In this document: positions 28,047 through 38,628 of the stretch, in pieces | How the letters are laid out: each line of letters begins with the position of its first letter | Numbering within the stretch: the first letter of the stretch is position 1 | Assembly (NCBI GenBank): GCA_947460825.1 | Contig: CANHHA010000005.1 | Span: 26,026-90,025 of the forward strand | Source: Flavobacteriales bacterium | Lineage (GTDB): Bacteria; Bacteroidota; Bacteroidia; Flavobacteriales_D; Crocinitomicaceae | Direction of reading: 5' to 3' | DNA length: 64,000 bases | Notes under the pieces: model-generated | Told to the model about the DNA's origin: nothing | Seen by the model: the letters and a program-made list of their open reading frames with translations, nothing else | Database searches by the model: none | Position numbers and translations under genes: made by a program

Positions 28047-31000
28047 CTAACCTTCATTAAATTCTTCAGACAGGCGTTTCGCTATTTTTCGATTCGAAAA
28101 CCACTCTTTTATCGAATCCACCATGCTATACATAATCGGAACTACGATGATGGTAAGGAACATCGATGAGGTTAACCCACCGATTAATACCCACGCCAAT
28201 CCATTTTTCCATTCTGCTCCGGATCCTTTGCCTATAGCGATTGGAATCATCCCAAATACCATCGCTATCGTTGTCATTAATATTGGACGCATCCGTGTTC
28301 TAACGGCTTCTAATAAGGCTTCTCGAGTTTTTACCCCAGTGGTTTTTAGATGGTTGGTAAAGTCGACAATGAGTATGGCATTTTTTGCGACCAATCCCAA
28401 GAGCATAAGCATTCCAAGCATCGTGAAAATCCCCATGTTTGACGCCGACAAGCTCAAGGCGAGTATGGCTCCGATTAACGATACGAGAATCGAGAATAAT
28501 ACCACAAACGGATACACAAAATTATCATACAAGACCACCATAATGAGGTACACTAAAATTAATCCAATGCCCATGGCTGTCCCAAGTGCGCCCATGGATT
28601 CTTTTTGGCGTTTAACTTCACCTCCCCATTTCATGCGTACTTGGTCGTTCAGTGGGTTGTCGGCCAAATAGGTGTCAATATCCTGTGCGACATTTCCAGC
28701 GGCTCTTCCGAGTACCCAACATCTGAGGGTAGTATTATTTGCCCGATTTTTTCGCTCGAGGGTTCCGTTTCCATTTTCCATAGTAACCGTACCAAATTCT
28801 TCCAATCGAACCAATTTGCCGTCGTTTGTTGTAAATGCCATAGATTCCACATCTTCAATACTTTTTCGGTCGTATTTATCTGCCATTACGCGGATTCCGT
28901 ATTCATTCCCGTTATCATCGAATTTCACATCATCATTTCCGGTTAAGGCATTTTGAAGTTGCATTCCAATGACAGCAACTGGAAGCCCGAGTTGTCCCAT
29001 TTTGTCGCGGTCTAGTTCAATTCGGATTTCTGGGGTCACATCATCGGTGGAGATGTAAGCATCCTTCGCTCCTTTGATACTTTCCATATATGCTTTTAGC
29101 CTTCTTGCTTCATTGATGAGTAATTCATTATCGTCTGATGAAAGGAAAATTTCAATGGGTGCTTCTTCCGATTCAATCATTCCAATGTTCATGGCCCTAA
29201 CCTCAAGTCCCGGATAGGTTTGTTCAATGTTCTCACGGATTTTGGTCATGAATTTAATGGTTGGATAGCGTTTTTGCATACCAGGTTTCATCTTAATGGT
29301 AATCTCCGATCGATATTCAGATCCGAATGAAAGTGCACCCATGCCCGAACTTGGTCCACCTATATTAGAAAATACCACCGAATTCACTTCTTTTTGATCG
29401 TTAAGCATGTCTTCAATGGCCAGGGTTACCCGGTTATTTTCCTCAATGGTCGTGCTTTTGTCAAATTTCAATTTAAGCATGAACTTCCCTTGATCTCCTT
29501 GCGCCACAAATTCTTGTCCTACAATGCCTAGGGCCATGGTGCCAAAACTTGCAATAAATAATACCAAAATAGATAGTCCAGTAATGATTTTATGTCTGAG
29601 CGACCAATTCACTAGTGAAACATAGCCCTCGGTAAATCGGGAAAGGCGTATTTCAAACCAATGTAAAAACCTATAGAAAATTCCTTTTTTCTCTTCCAGT
29701 TTAACTTCTTTTGCCATACGTGAAGCGAGCCATGGTGTAAGGGTAAAACTGACAAAAAGCGACATTAAGGTAGAAATCACTACCACAATAGAAAATTGTT
29801 CAAGGATGTCAGAAATAACCCCTTCAATGAATACGACAGGGGAGAATACCACCACATCAACTAAGGTAATTGCAAGGGCTGTAAAACCGATTTCATTCCG
29901 GCCATCTAAGGCTGCTTGTTTTCTGTTTTTTCCCATTTGAAGGTGCCTGTAGATGTTCTCTAGTACCACGATGGAGTCATCTACGAGGATTCCGATTACC
30001 AGCGACATCGCGAGTAGCGTCATTAAGTTGAGGGTGTAGCCTAAGGCATACATGACAATAAACGTAGATACCAAGGAGGCTGGAATAGCGATCAATACGA
30101 TCATGGCATTGCGCAGCGTGTGTAAGAATAAGAGCATAACAATCGCAACTAAGGCGATAGCCAACTCGAGGTCATGAAGTACGGCATGAACAGAATCTAG
30201 GGTTACCGTGGAAGTGTCGGTTGCCACCGTAAATTCGATTCCTTCCTTCTTGTATTTATCTTCTAATTCCTCAATGCGTTTGCGCGTAAGTTCTGACATT
30301 TCAACTGCATTGGCATCGCTTTGTTTTTTAATTCGAAGTCCGATTCCTTCCTTCCCGTTTAAGCGGCATAAGGAAAGCTGGTCCGTAGAGCCATCGGCGA
30401 CCTCTGCAACATCCGCCAAGCGAACCACGGATGTCCCGTTGGAGAATAAAATCAGGTTCTTAATTTCGTCTACAGATTTAAACTTACCAGAAAGACGAAC
30501 GGTCATCTGCTCCTCGGTACTTTTAACCTTGCCTGTAGGAAACTCAACATTGGATGATGCAATCGCTTGGTTTACATTGGAGAGGGATAACCCGTATGAC
30601 TTTAATTTTTCTTTGTCTACATTTACTCGGATTTCCCGTTTTTCCCCACCAATTACCTGCACTTCGGCTACTCCTTTTACTTGTTTGATTTGCGGAAGAA
30701 TTTGGTCATCCATCAAGGTCATGAATTCCTTGCCTCCCATGTTCTTAGCCGTTGCAATTACTTGCAATACCGGGGTGGCATTGGGTTCAATTTTGGCTAA
30801 AACAGGTCTTGTGGAATTATCGGGTAGGACCGATTCAATGGTATTGATTTTTCGCTGCGCCTCTTGCAAAGCCAAGTTGATGTCTACTCCGTCTTTGAAT
30901 TCAAGAAGTACAATGGAGGCATTTTCTAGAGAGAAGGTCGTTACCTCTGACAGGTTTTTAATACCACTAAGCCCATCCTCGAGGGGTTTAGACACTTGAG

Positions 31001-31181
31001 ATTCAACGGTGGCAGGAGAAGCTCCAGGATACGTGGTGGTTACCGTGAGAACAGGAGGAGAAAAGTCGGGCATTAATTCGTAGCTCAACTGCTGATAACA
31101 CAGCATCCCACCACCAATCAGAATCGTGAATATTACGATTATGAAAGACGGTCTTTTGATCGATAATTCGGTAAGTGTCAT
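28047..31181 (-). CDS. RND efflux transporter permease (AcrB/HAE1-like)
   Basis: The 1044 aa product shows the 12-TM/2 large loop architecture. It has an N-terminal LSIKRPSFIIV and a conserved VLENIYRH motif region. Confidence 0.9.
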   Translation of the reverse strand: MTLTELSIKRPSFIIVIFTILIGGGMLCYQQLSYELMPDFSPPVLTVTTTYPGASPATVESQVSKPLEDGLSGIKNLSEVTTFSLENASIVLLEFKDGVDINLALQEAQRKINTIESVLPDNSTRPVLAKIEPNATPVLQVIATAKNMGGKEFMTLMDDQILPQIKQVKGVAEVQVIGGEKREIRVNVDKEKLKSYGLSLSNVNQAIASSNVEFPTGKVKSTEEQMTVRLSGKFKSVDEIKNLILFSNGTSVVRLADVAEVADGSTDQLSLCRLNGKEGIGLRIKKQSDANAVEMSELTRKRIEELEDKYKKEGIEFTVATDTSTVTLDSVHAVLHDLELAIALVAIVMLLFLHTLRNAMIVLIAIPASLVSTFIVMYALGYTLNLMTLLAMSLVIGILVDDSIVVLENIYRHLQMGKNRKQAALDGRNEIGFTALAITLVDVVVFSPVVFIEGVISDILEQFSIVVVISTLMSLFVSFTLTPWLASRMAKEVKLEEKKGIFYRFLHWFEIRLSRFTEGYVSLVNWSLRHKIITGLSILVLFIASFGTMALGIVGQEFVAQGDQGKFMLKLKFDKSTTIEENNRVTLAIEDMLNDQKEVNSVVFSNIGGPSSGMGALSFGSEYRSEITIKMKPGMQKRYPTIKFMTKIRENIEQTYPGLEVRAMNIGMIESEEAPIEIFLSSDDNELLINEARRLKAYMESIKGAKDAYISTDDVTPEIRIELDRDKMGQLGLPVAVIGMQLQNALTGNDDVKFDDNGNEYGIRVMADKYDRKSIEDVESMAFTTNDGKLVRLEEFGTVTMENGNGTLERKNRANNTTLRCWVLGRAAGNVAQDIDTYLADNPLNDQVRMKWGGEVKRQKESMGALGTAMGIGLILVYLIMVVLYDNFVYPFVVLFSILVSLIGAILALSLSASNMGIFTMLGMLMLLGLVAKNAILIVDFTNHLKTTGVKTREALLEAVRTRMRPILMTTIAMVFGMIPIAIGKGSGAEWKNGLAWVLIGGLTSSMFLTIIVVPIMYSMVDSIKEWFSNRKIAKRLSEEFNEG

Positions 31182-31182
31182 G

Positions 31183-32241
31183 TTATTGAGCGATTTTAAC
31201 GTTTTTGTTGTCTCTTAAGTTGATTTGACCACGAACGACAATTTTATCTCCTGCGCGTAATCCGCTGCGCACTTCGATCACGTCTCCTTCCGAAAGTCCA
31301 ATGGCGAATGAAACGAGTTTGGCTTTTCCATCTCGCACCACATATACTTGTGGGTTTTTAAGGGATCCAACAATGGCTTTTCTTGGTATTGATAGGTTGG
31401 CTACGCTGTAATCACTTTGAATAACGGCTGAGCCATACATGCCTGCCCGAAGGGCTTTGTTTGCGTTATTCACGGTAATTTGCACCTTGAAATTGTGAGA
31501 TTTGTCTGCTTGCACTGAAATGTTGGAAATTTTCCCACTAAGGGTGGAAGTTGCTTGGTCACTGCTAATGCTTATTGCTTGATTCAATTTGAATTTTTGA
31601 ATATCGCGCTCAGGGATATTCACCGTAAGTTTCAGTTTTGAAATATCTGTAATTTCAACAACGGGTGATCCCGCACCAATAACAGACCCTAAGTCGATTA
31701 ATTTTTTTGTGATTACCCCTGCAAACGGCGCTTTTATTACGGTGGCTCTCAGTTGTTTTTCCAGTTGTTTTTTCTGGATTTTTGCTGCTTTTATACCCAG
31801 TTTTGCTTTTTCAGCTTGTACCGCTGGTGCTGCATTTTGATTAGAAAGTGTCGTGTAGCGGTCGTCATCTTTTTCTTGACCTTCAATGCTGACCTCTAAA
31901 TTTTCAATTTGAAGTTTGATCATTTCGTCATCGAGTTTCGCGATTACACTGCCCTGACCAACTTGGTCTCCTTCTGAAACATTCATGGAAATTACGCGAC
32001 CGTTTCCTTCTGCGCCAATTAAATTCTGACGAAAGGGTTCAAAGGTTCCTAGGTAGGAAAACTCGTCTTCAAAGGTGTGCATGGTAGGACTAACTACTTC
32101 CACCAAGACTGGCGCGTCAATGTTTGGAATGTAAATTTTTTCTTCTACTGATTTTTTGTTTGACATCAATTTTACTACAATAAATGCAATTAAAAAGAGT
32201 GCAATTCCAATTCCTGTAAGGATGCTTTTGTTTATTTTCAT
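31183..32241 (-). CDS. RND efflux periplasmic adaptor (MFP/HlyD family)
   Basis: It has an N-terminal TM, a lipoyl/hairpin/beta-barrel pattern and a VVRGQ..L.D C-terminus. It lies between the TolC-like and RND genes. Confidence 0.85.
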   Translation of the reverse strand: MKINKSILTGIGIALFLIAFIVVKLMSNKKSVEEKIYIPNIDAPVLVEVVSPTMHTFEDEFSYLGTFEPFRQNLIGAEGNGRVISMNVSEGDQVGQGSVIAKLDDEMIKLQIENLEVSIEGQEKDDDRYTTLSNQNAAPAVQAEKAKLGIKAAKIQKKQLEKQLRATVIKAPFAGVITKKLIDLGSVIGAGSPVVEITDISKLKLTVNIPERDIQKFKLNQAISISSDQATSTLSGKISNISVQADKSHNFKVQITVNNANKALRAGMYGSAVIQSDYSVANLSIPRKAIVGSLKNPQVYVVRDGKAKLVSFAIGLSEGDVIEVRSGLRAGDKIVVRGQINLRDNKNVKIAQ

Positions 32242-32247
32242 GGGTAC

Positions 32248-33543
32248 TTATTTGAGTTGACTTATAGATTTTAAATAACTTAATTCGGCTTGACGCAGCG
32301 AAAGGTATGCGCCAACCAGACTTGATTGGGCTTGTTGAAGTCCATTATCAGCTTGGAGCAATTCGTTGGTGCTAATCGTACCGGCTTTGAATTGGGCTTT
32401 TGCTGCATCATAAACTCGCTCCGATAGCCTTAATTGTTCCTTGTTCATTTCCAAATTAGCGGTTTGTAATTCCGCCTCACGTTTCGCGTTGGCCGAAGCT
32501 AAATTCAATTGCTGAGTAGCTAACAATTCTTGATTTTGGATTTTCTCTTTGTTGTAGGCGTTAACTTTTAGCTTATTCTTTTTTTCAAACCCATCGAATA
32601 GGGTCCAATCCAAACGAAGTCCAAGAAATGCGGATGGAATTCCCGTTCTGAAATCGTCTTCAGGTTTCATGTTGTAATTGTAATTGTAAGCACCATAGAA
32701 AGAGAGGGTAGGCAGGTAGGCCATGTAGGTGCCTTTGCGTTCTTCGACGTTCATTTGTTTTTGCAGCTGAATTAATTCTAATTCAGGACGAAGCGTATTA
32801 GTTTGCTCTGTGACGGTCGGATTAGAAATAATTTCATCGCTGGCAATGGTCAGTGTAATTCCTTCCGGGAACCCAACCAAGATTGAAAGCAGTTGATTCA
32901 ATTGTAACCGAGTATTTTCAAGTTTAATGAGGCCATTGGTAATGCTATTCCGGTTGATTTTTAGTTTATCAACTTCCGTGGGGATGATTAAGCCTTGTTG
33001 CTGCATCAATTCCATGTTACGGATGAGCTCATTCATATTTTTTTCATTTTTCTGGAGGTAAGCCAACTGTTGGTTGATGGCTTGTAACGCGAAAAACGTA
33101 TTTGATACTTGATAGTGAACCTCTTGGAATGCCATTTTCTCTTGTACTGCTACAATTTGAGCATTTATCGCTAAGGCATTTAGACCATAATTTAACTGCG
33201 GGTTGAAAATAAATTGAGTGAGTTGAACGGTATTACTCAGGTTGATGGGAACACCAAATTGAACTTCGGCAAAGGTGCCTGGAGGGCCACCGAAAAAGTC
33301 TGCGGGAATGATTTGTCCCGGAATAATAGCATTATATCGGTAATCACCGTTCGCTGTTATTTTGGGGTACTGACTAGCCAGGAAGGCCTTGCGTTGATTG
33401 ATGTTAGAGGTAACATCCAGCCTAGCATTTTTTAGTGTAAGGTTCGCTGTATCCGCCATTTTCAATAGGTCGGTGAGGGAATATACCTGTGCGCTTACCC
33501 AGGTTGAAAGAAATAAGAAGAGAAACAGGAAAGCTTTATTCAT
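32248..33543 (-). CDS. TolC family outer membrane efflux protein
   Basis: It has a signal peptide and two repeat halves with long coiled-coil heptads. It lies in operon context. Confidence 0.85.
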   Translation of the reverse strand: MNKAFLFLFLFLSTWVSAQVYSLTDLLKMADTANLTLKNARLDVTSNINQRKAFLASQYPKITANGDYRYNAIIPGQIIPADFFGGPPGTFAEVQFGVPINLSNTVQLTQFIFNPQLNYGLNALAINAQIVAVQEKMAFQEVHYQVSNTFFALQAINQQLAYLQKNEKNMNELIRNMELMQQQGLIIPTEVDKLKINRNSITNGLIKLENTRLQLNQLLSILVGFPEGITLTIASDEIISNPTVTEQTNTLRPELELIQLQKQMNVEERKGTYMAYLPTLSFYGAYNYNYNMKPEDDFRTGIPSAFLGLRLDWTLFDGFEKKNKLKVNAYNKEKIQNQELLATQQLNLASANAKREAELQTANLEMNKEQLRLSERVYDAAKAQFKAGTISTNELLQADNGLQQAQSSLVGAYLSLRQAELSYLKSISQLK

Positions 33544-34159
33544 GAGGAGTTATTTGATCGTTTGGGAAAAGATACCCAAGCACCATGGCTACCGCATGGT
33601 CTTTGTGGGCGATGAGATGTTCTTTATAGGTTTCATTGCTAACCCCATGAATTACCTTCATTAAAGGTTGGGCCATAAATGGGTATTGGCAATTAGACAT
33701 AATCAGTAGGGTGATTTGTACGATATCCATCTGCCGCATGTCGCCTTGCTCTTGAAGTTTTCGGGCTTCGTCAAAAACACCCGATTCATTGACCATCTGC
33801 AAAACGGGAATAATGCCGTGAATCGCTTCCGGATTTCGAGCCAATTCGTTGATTACAAAATTTGGGATATCAGGGTGTTTTCCTAAGAACTCGAATTCAC
33901 GCTCAATAAGAATTTTTATTTTTTCGCGAATGGGTAATTCTGAGCTGAATACTTGAACCATAGATTTCAAGAAATCCTGCATCACCGATTCAAAAATCAG
34001 GGCAAATAATTTACTTTTCGAACGAAAATAGTAATTCACCAAGGCTACATTCATCCCTGCTTCACGCGCAATTTCGCGTGAGGTGCAGTTGGCGGAGCCT
34101 TTTTGAATAAAGACGCTTAGCGCTGCCTGTTTAATTTTTTCTTCTGTGGACTGGTTCAT
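33536..34159 (-). CDS. TetR/AcrR family transcriptional regulator of the efflux operon
   Basis: The N-terminal HTH is TSREIAREAGMNVALVNYYFRSK. The ATG at 34159 gives MNQSTEEKI...; the track start at 34189 is a GTG. It overlaps the TolC gene by 8 nt. Confidence 0.85.
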   Translation of the reverse strand: MNQSTEEKIKQAALSVFIQKGSANCTSREIAREAGMNVALVNYYFRSKSKLFALIFESVMQDFLKSMVQVFSSELPIREKIKILIEREFEFLGKHPDIPNFVINELARNPEAIHGIIPVLQMVNESGVFDEARKLQEQGDMRQMDIVQITLLIMSNCQYPFMAQPLMKVIHGVSNETYKEHLIAHKDHAVAMVLGYLFPNDQITPHE

Positions 34160-34194
34160 CTTTGCATTTCGCGACGCAAAGTTAAACACATATA

Positions 34195-34210
34195 TTAAAC
34201 AGTTGTTTAA
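34195..34210. promoter_or_regulatory. Perfect 16-bp palindrome, candidate TetR operator
   Basis: TTAAACAGTTGTTTAA (TTAAACA / TGTTTAA arms) lies ~36 nt upstream of the tetR ATG. An extra TTAAACA half-site is at 34182-34188. Confidence 0.45.
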
Positions 34211-34264
34211 AACAGATGTGAAAAAAGCCTAAATTTTATCGAATTTTTAAAAAAAACAAGAGTG

Positions 34265-35188
34265 CTAGCTGATTTTCTGACTTTTATCAGTCATCATTGC
34301 TTGAATCTGACGCATGGTGTTTTCCATGCCCTGTGGGCTACCGTCTAGAAATATAGTATTTCCTTTACCGTATTCTGCAAAGTTCTTAATGGCTTCGGTC
34401 CACATGGAAAACAAGATAACATTGGTATCGAGGTTGGCTTGCTGCATTTGTTCTGCTGCTTCGGTCATACCCTTTGCCACTTCTTGACGGAACAAGGCTA
34501 CTCCTTGTCCACGGAGCATTGCTGCTTCTTTTTCTGCCATGGCCGCAATTTTAATCGCATTTCCTTCTGCTTCAGCAGCCTTTGTTTTGGTGATGAGTAG
34601 GGCCTGACCTTCATTCTCCGCTGCTGCCTTCAGGTTATTGGATGCAACCACCTTGCTCATGCTTTCCATGATTGCTGCATCAAAGGTGATGTCATTGATT
34701 TGTAAGTCCAATAAGTGATAACCCCATGTTTCTAAGGTTTGGTCAATTTGACCTTTAACACTATCTACCAATTCATGGCGTCGACCCAGGATTTCGGATT
34801 GTTTTTGACTTGCGACATACGAGCGAATGGATCCTTCGATAGTACGAATGAGTGCTTGCATTAAGTCCTTGTTGCTAATAAACTTGAAGGCAACTTTTTT
34901 TATGGTCTCTTCTTTTTCATCCATGACTGAATACAGAAGCATACTCTTGAAATACACATTGGCTTGGTCAATAGTAACCGCTTGAAATTCCATTTCAATG
35001 CTTTGATTTTGTGAAGAAATGCGCTTGTACACTTTCTCTATAAACGGAATTTTTAAGCGTAAACCTGGAGCTGCAGTTCGTTTATATTTTCCAAAGAGGG
35101 TAATAACCGCGATAGTACCTTGGTTTACGGTGTATAGGCCGCTAAGAATGACAACAAGTATCCCTCCTAAAATGTAATAAATGGGCAT
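34265..35188 (-). CDS. SPFH/band 7 (stomatin-prohibitin) domain protein
   Basis: An N-terminal TM is followed by an SPFH core (GTIAVITLFGKYKRTAAPGLRLKIPFIEKV) and an Ala/Glu-rich coiled coil. Confidence 0.85.
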   Translation of the reverse strand: MPIYYILGGILVVILSGLYTVNQGTIAVITLFGKYKRTAAPGLRLKIPFIEKVYKRISSQNQSIEMEFQAVTIDQANVYFKSMLLYSVMDEKEETIKKVAFKFISNKDLMQALIRTIEGSIRSYVASQKQSEILGRRHELVDSVKGQIDQTLETWGYHLLDLQINDITFDAAIMESMSKVVASNNLKAAAENEGQALLITKTKAAEAEGNAIKIAAMAEKEAAMLRGQGVALFRQEVAKGMTEAAEQMQQANLDTNVILFSMWTEAIKNFAEYGKGNTIFLDGSPQGMENTMRQIQAMMTDKSQKIS

Positions 35189-35299
35189 GTTAATTAGTTA
35201 TTTAAAGTGATTTTTGCTTTTGCACAGTTGCATCCACTGGAGGACTTACATGCAAAGAGACACAGCGAAAGTAGGAAAATTATTACTATATATTTCATA

Positions 35300-35794
35300 T
35301 CAATAGGGTTTTTGTCCCATAAAATTTCCGGGAGGGTCATAATTACATACGAAGAAAAAGGCTCCTGACTGACTGATTGCACAGCCACAGCCCACTTGGG
35401 TGGTGTTTTTCCAAATTACTTGTGTGTAATGTCCCGCTTTCGCCCAGTCGTTTCCGATGGGTTTGTATTTGAAATAGACTTTCTCCTCATTCCACATGGA
35501 AACGCCCTCAGAAATATCATCCGGCATATTGGAGATCCAAGAGATGTTTTCCCCATAATTATCACCACTGCGGTGATGTATGCTGTTATCTTCTTCTGCC
35601 AGTTGAAGCGCCCATTCTTCGGCGTATGCAGCAATCTCATCATTCCATATAAGGTTGGGGATATTCAATAATTTACGCTCCTTATTGTGTTCAATGAGAA
35701 TATTGCGTTGAATTGCCGAATCAATGGTAACCGTGTTCTGAGCAGTAAGGCTAGAAATTATCACAAAAGACAGAAGGAAGAGTGTGCTTTTCAT
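35300..35794 (-). CDS. Secreted CAP/SCP/PR-1 family protein
   Basis: It has a signal peptide and the CAP motifs GHYTQVIWKNTTQVGCG and VCNYDPPGN. Confidence 0.8.
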   Translation of the reverse strand: MKSTLFLLSFVIISSLTAQNTVTIDSAIQRNILIEHNKERKLLNIPNLIWNDEIAAYAEEWALQLAEEDNSIHHRSGDNYGENISWISNMPDDISEGVSMWNEEKVYFKYKPIGNDWAKAGHYTQVIWKNTTQVGCGCAISQSGAFFFVCNYDPPGNFMGQKPY

Positions 35795-35874
35795 GGCTTA
35801 AAGATATTAAAAGTTTATGGTCTTTACGGCCGATTACGTAAATATCATCATCTTTACAGCACGAAAATTGAGCC

Positions 35875-36723
35875 ATGCATATTACTAGAATACTACTTTT
35901 CATTTTTGTTACCTCTTCAATAGTGGCTCAGCGAAAATCGAACGCGTTTAACAAAGGTTCTTTTTATTTCTACTGGGGCTGGAATCGATCTTTTTATTCT
36001 CCATCAACAATACATTTCAGCGGTAACACCTATGATTTTCAATTGTATGATGTTGTTGCCGTAGACCGCCAATCTCCGTTCTCAGCTGACCTTTACTTGA
36101 ATCCAAAAAGTATGACCATTCCGCAATACAATGTTAGGATGGGGTATTATTTCAAAAATGACTTACAGATTTCCTTCGGTGTCGACCACATGAAATACGT
36201 GATGTTGCACGACCAACCCAGCACGATTAATGGGTATATCTACAACAGCAATACTGTCTATGATGGGGTTTATGACAATGAGCCAATTACGATTGCACAG
36301 GATTTTTTGAAATTTGAACATACGGATGGTTTAAATTATATCAATGCTGAACTTCGGAAGTCTATGAGAATGTTAGGAGTGAAACATTTTCAATCTACGT
36401 TTTTATTCGGCGGAGGGGTAGGGATGCTTTTACCAAAAACCAATACTACCTTGTTGGCAAATTCAAGGTATGATGAATTTCACCTGGCTGGGTATGGGGT
36501 AAATGGCGTTATGTCTGTACAACTTAATTTTTTTAAGTACTTCTTTGTTCAGGGGGAGGCAAAAATTGGATTCATCCACATGCCTGACATCCGCACCACC
36601 ATGAACGCGAGTGATCGGGCATCACAAATGTTCCTGTATAACCAATTTAATGTCAATTTTGGGGTACAATTTTCGCTCATAAAATACAGTGAGGCGAAGA
36701 TTCCGAAATTACCTACGGATTAA
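35875..36723 (+). CDS. Secreted hypothetical protein, probably an outer-membrane beta-barrel
   Basis: It has a signal peptide (ILLFIFVTSSIVAQ) and alternating aromatic/hydrophobic beta-strand patterns. I recognise no family. Confidence 0.4.
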   Translation: MHITRILLFIFVTSSIVAQRKSNAFNKGSFYFYWGWNRSFYSPSTIHFSGNTYDFQLYDVVAVDRQSPFSADLYLNPKSMTIPQYNVRMGYYFKNDLQISFGVDHMKYVMLHDQPSTINGYIYNSNTVYDGVYDNEPITIAQDFLKFEHTDGLNYINAELRKSMRMLGVKHFQSTFLFGGGVGMLLPKTNTTLLANSRYDEFHLAGYGVNGVMSVQLNFFKYFFVQGEAKIGFIHMPDIRTTMNASDRASQMFLYNQFNVNFGVQFSLIKYSEAKIPKLPTD

Positions 36724-36725
36724 TC

Positions 36726-36863
36726 TTACGGCAACCAAGCACCACCCACAGTGATTACATTGGATAGGCTGAGGTATTGTTCGTAGGTTTCTGCGTTAAT
36801 ACCTCTGGTTGGACAAAACTTTAACTGTGGGAACACGTGTCCGTAGGTTTTTAGGGCATCTAC
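36726..36863 (-). pseudogene. Orphan 3' fragment (last 44 codons plus stop) of an eda homolog
   Basis: The 138 nt align to eda 38629-38766 with about 15 mismatches by hand. The - strand reads DALKTYGHVFPQLKFCPTRGINAETYEQYLSLSNVITVGGAWLP*, against eda DALKTYGQVFPQVKFCPTGGIKAETYEQYLSLSNVISVGGSWLQ*. No upstream coding continuation exists. Confidence 0.8.
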
Positions 36864-36972
36864 AATTACATAAAGATGATCAGGGGCACACGGCTATTTA
36901 TCATGAAAATTATTGTTATATATAAATTCCACTATCTTTGCGAGATAAGTGTAAAATTTTAGATTTAAAAAC

Positions 36973-38394
36973 ATGAAAAATGTTAGAATAATTATTTTGG
37001 CTATCATAATGGTTCAAATGACTTCCTTTGTAGCTCAGGACAACAACAATGTTTATTTATTGGGCCAAACGGAGGATGGAACTAAATATGCGTTTCGGGG
37101 TAGTTGGGTAAGGGGTGAGTTGGGTGACATTTATCTAAAAAATTATTGTTTTTCAAGAATTCCTGGAAAATTTGCACTTGATACATCCCGATGGGAAAAA
37201 TGTGATGACTATACAGCGAGTGGAGGTATATTGGAATATCAAATTTTAAGGAAAAAATTTATTGACCCGAATGACTCAACTAAGTTTCTGAAATCAATGG
37301 TTAATGCAACAGAAGATTCAATTGTACTAGTTCAATATACTACATCCAAGTTTAATGTTTATATCGAATCTAGTCTTTATGCGTCTGGGGAATTTTATAA
37401 TTACGAAAACGGAGTTACCGTTGAATTAAAATCTTTACCAAACTCACTTACAAAAAGTAAAGAGTATGTTTTGAGTGAGCTTCAAAATGAGATACAAGAA
37501 ATCAAATATACACCCTACCTATCCCTGTCAACGGGAGAAGTGGAATATTCCACAACTACATCAACTTCTTTTTTTGAGCCGAATAATTTAGGATTAGTAA
37601 ATGCCTTTTCAAAAAGTTTTAAAATAATTTCTCAGAATAATGGCACAAAAACCCTAATCCCTGTGGTAACTATAGGAAATCAATTGTGGATGGCTGAAAA
37701 TTTATCAACGAACGAGTTTGCTAACAAGGTAGTAATTCCGAAACACGAGGATTGGAATACTTGGTCGGCCTTGTCAACAAGTGCATACTTTTTCCATGAA
37801 GGAAATAAGTACTACAATCAAGCTGCACTCATTGATAATCGAAATATTTGTCCTGTTGGCTTTCGTGTACCTAACGAAAACGATTTAATTGAATTAGTTA
37901 AAACGATATCTCCAGACCAAAGAAATTATGTAATGCTGAATAAGAAAAATAAATTAACCTTTAACCTTAAATCCAACGACTTGAATTTAAATGGATTAAT
38001 TAGTAACGATAGCAAGACAAATAGTAAAAAGAGTAATAAATCTGAGGTTGAATTTTCTGTACCTACCAATGAGTATTTACTTGGATTAAATACAACAAAT
38101 AAGATTCTTATTGGGAACACTAGAATTGATACGAAGCATACGGGTGTTTATCTACCATTCATTTATGGAACCTTGGCTGCGAAACAGATACTTTGCCTGA
38201 ATTATAGTTTTTATGCTGTAAAGATCTTTGACGAGCAATCCAATGAAAGAATACTACTTCCTTATTCAACGGTATCAAATGAAAATATCGTCTATTTTAC
38301 AAGTGAAACATCGCGTAATACGAATAATTTAAGATATATTCCGAATATTGAAAATAAAATCGGCTATGCCGTTAGATGTATCTCTGATAAATAA
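36973..38394 (+). CDS. FISUMP (Fibrobacter succinogenes major paralogous) domain protein
   Basis: It has a signal peptide. VTIGNQLWMAENL is the hallmark start of the FISUMP domain, and the C-terminal GYAVRCISDK is its hallmark end. The gene is A/T-rich and lies between the two eda 3' copies. Confidence 0.7.
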   Translation: MKNVRIIILAIIMVQMTSFVAQDNNNVYLLGQTEDGTKYAFRGSWVRGELGDIYLKNYCFSRIPGKFALDTSRWEKCDDYTASGGILEYQILRKKFIDPNDSTKFLKSMVNATEDSIVLVQYTTSKFNVYIESSLYASGEFYNYENGVTVELKSLPNSLTKSKEYVLSELQNEIQEIKYTPYLSLSTGEVEYSTTTSTSFFEPNNLGLVNAFSKSFKIISQNNGTKTLIPVVTIGNQLWMAENLSTNEFANKVVIPKHEDWNTWSALSTSAYFFHEGNKYYNQAALIDNRNICPVGFRVPNENDLIELVKTISPDQRNYVMLNKKNKLTFNLKSNDLNLNGLISNDSKTNSKKSNKSEVEFSVPTNEYLLGLNTTNKILIGNTRIDTKHTGVYLPFIYGTLAAKQILCLNYSFYAVKIFDEQSNERILLPYSTVSNENIVYFTSETSRNTNNLRYIPNIENKIGYAVRCISDK

Positions 38395-38628
38395 AATTGT
38401 CTCCGTTAACATATTAGTATCAGGGATTCGTTGAGGGCCATTAAACTGGCTCATTACCTTGGGTATTCTGGAGTTTATAATTTTTACACCTAGCATTGAG
38501 GTGATCGTGGAAGATTGTAGCGCCCCAAATCATAGGTCAAAAACCCAAGAACACGACTATATGAAATGGAATTGTTGGTGTTATAAGGGTCAATGTGTAT
38601 CAGCGAATTTATCGAATAAGTAGGCTAA

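Noticed and set aside
28123-31000. Long + strand ORFs (28123-28671, 28605-28946, 28672-28956, 30208-30999) inside the RND permease gene
   Set aside because: They lie antisense within a 1044 aa gene that has clear RND family features. Their translations are low-complexity with no motifs. They are shadow ORFs.
35194-35388. 64 aa - strand ORF overlapping the 3' end of the CAP-domain gene; its internal Met would give a 34 aa lipoprotein-like peptide (MKYIVIIFLLSLCLFAC...)
   Set aside because: The full ORF overlaps the CAP gene by ~90 nt in another frame. The short lipoprotein version (35194-35298) is plausible, but nothing supports it beyond a lipobox-like motif. It is left unannotated.
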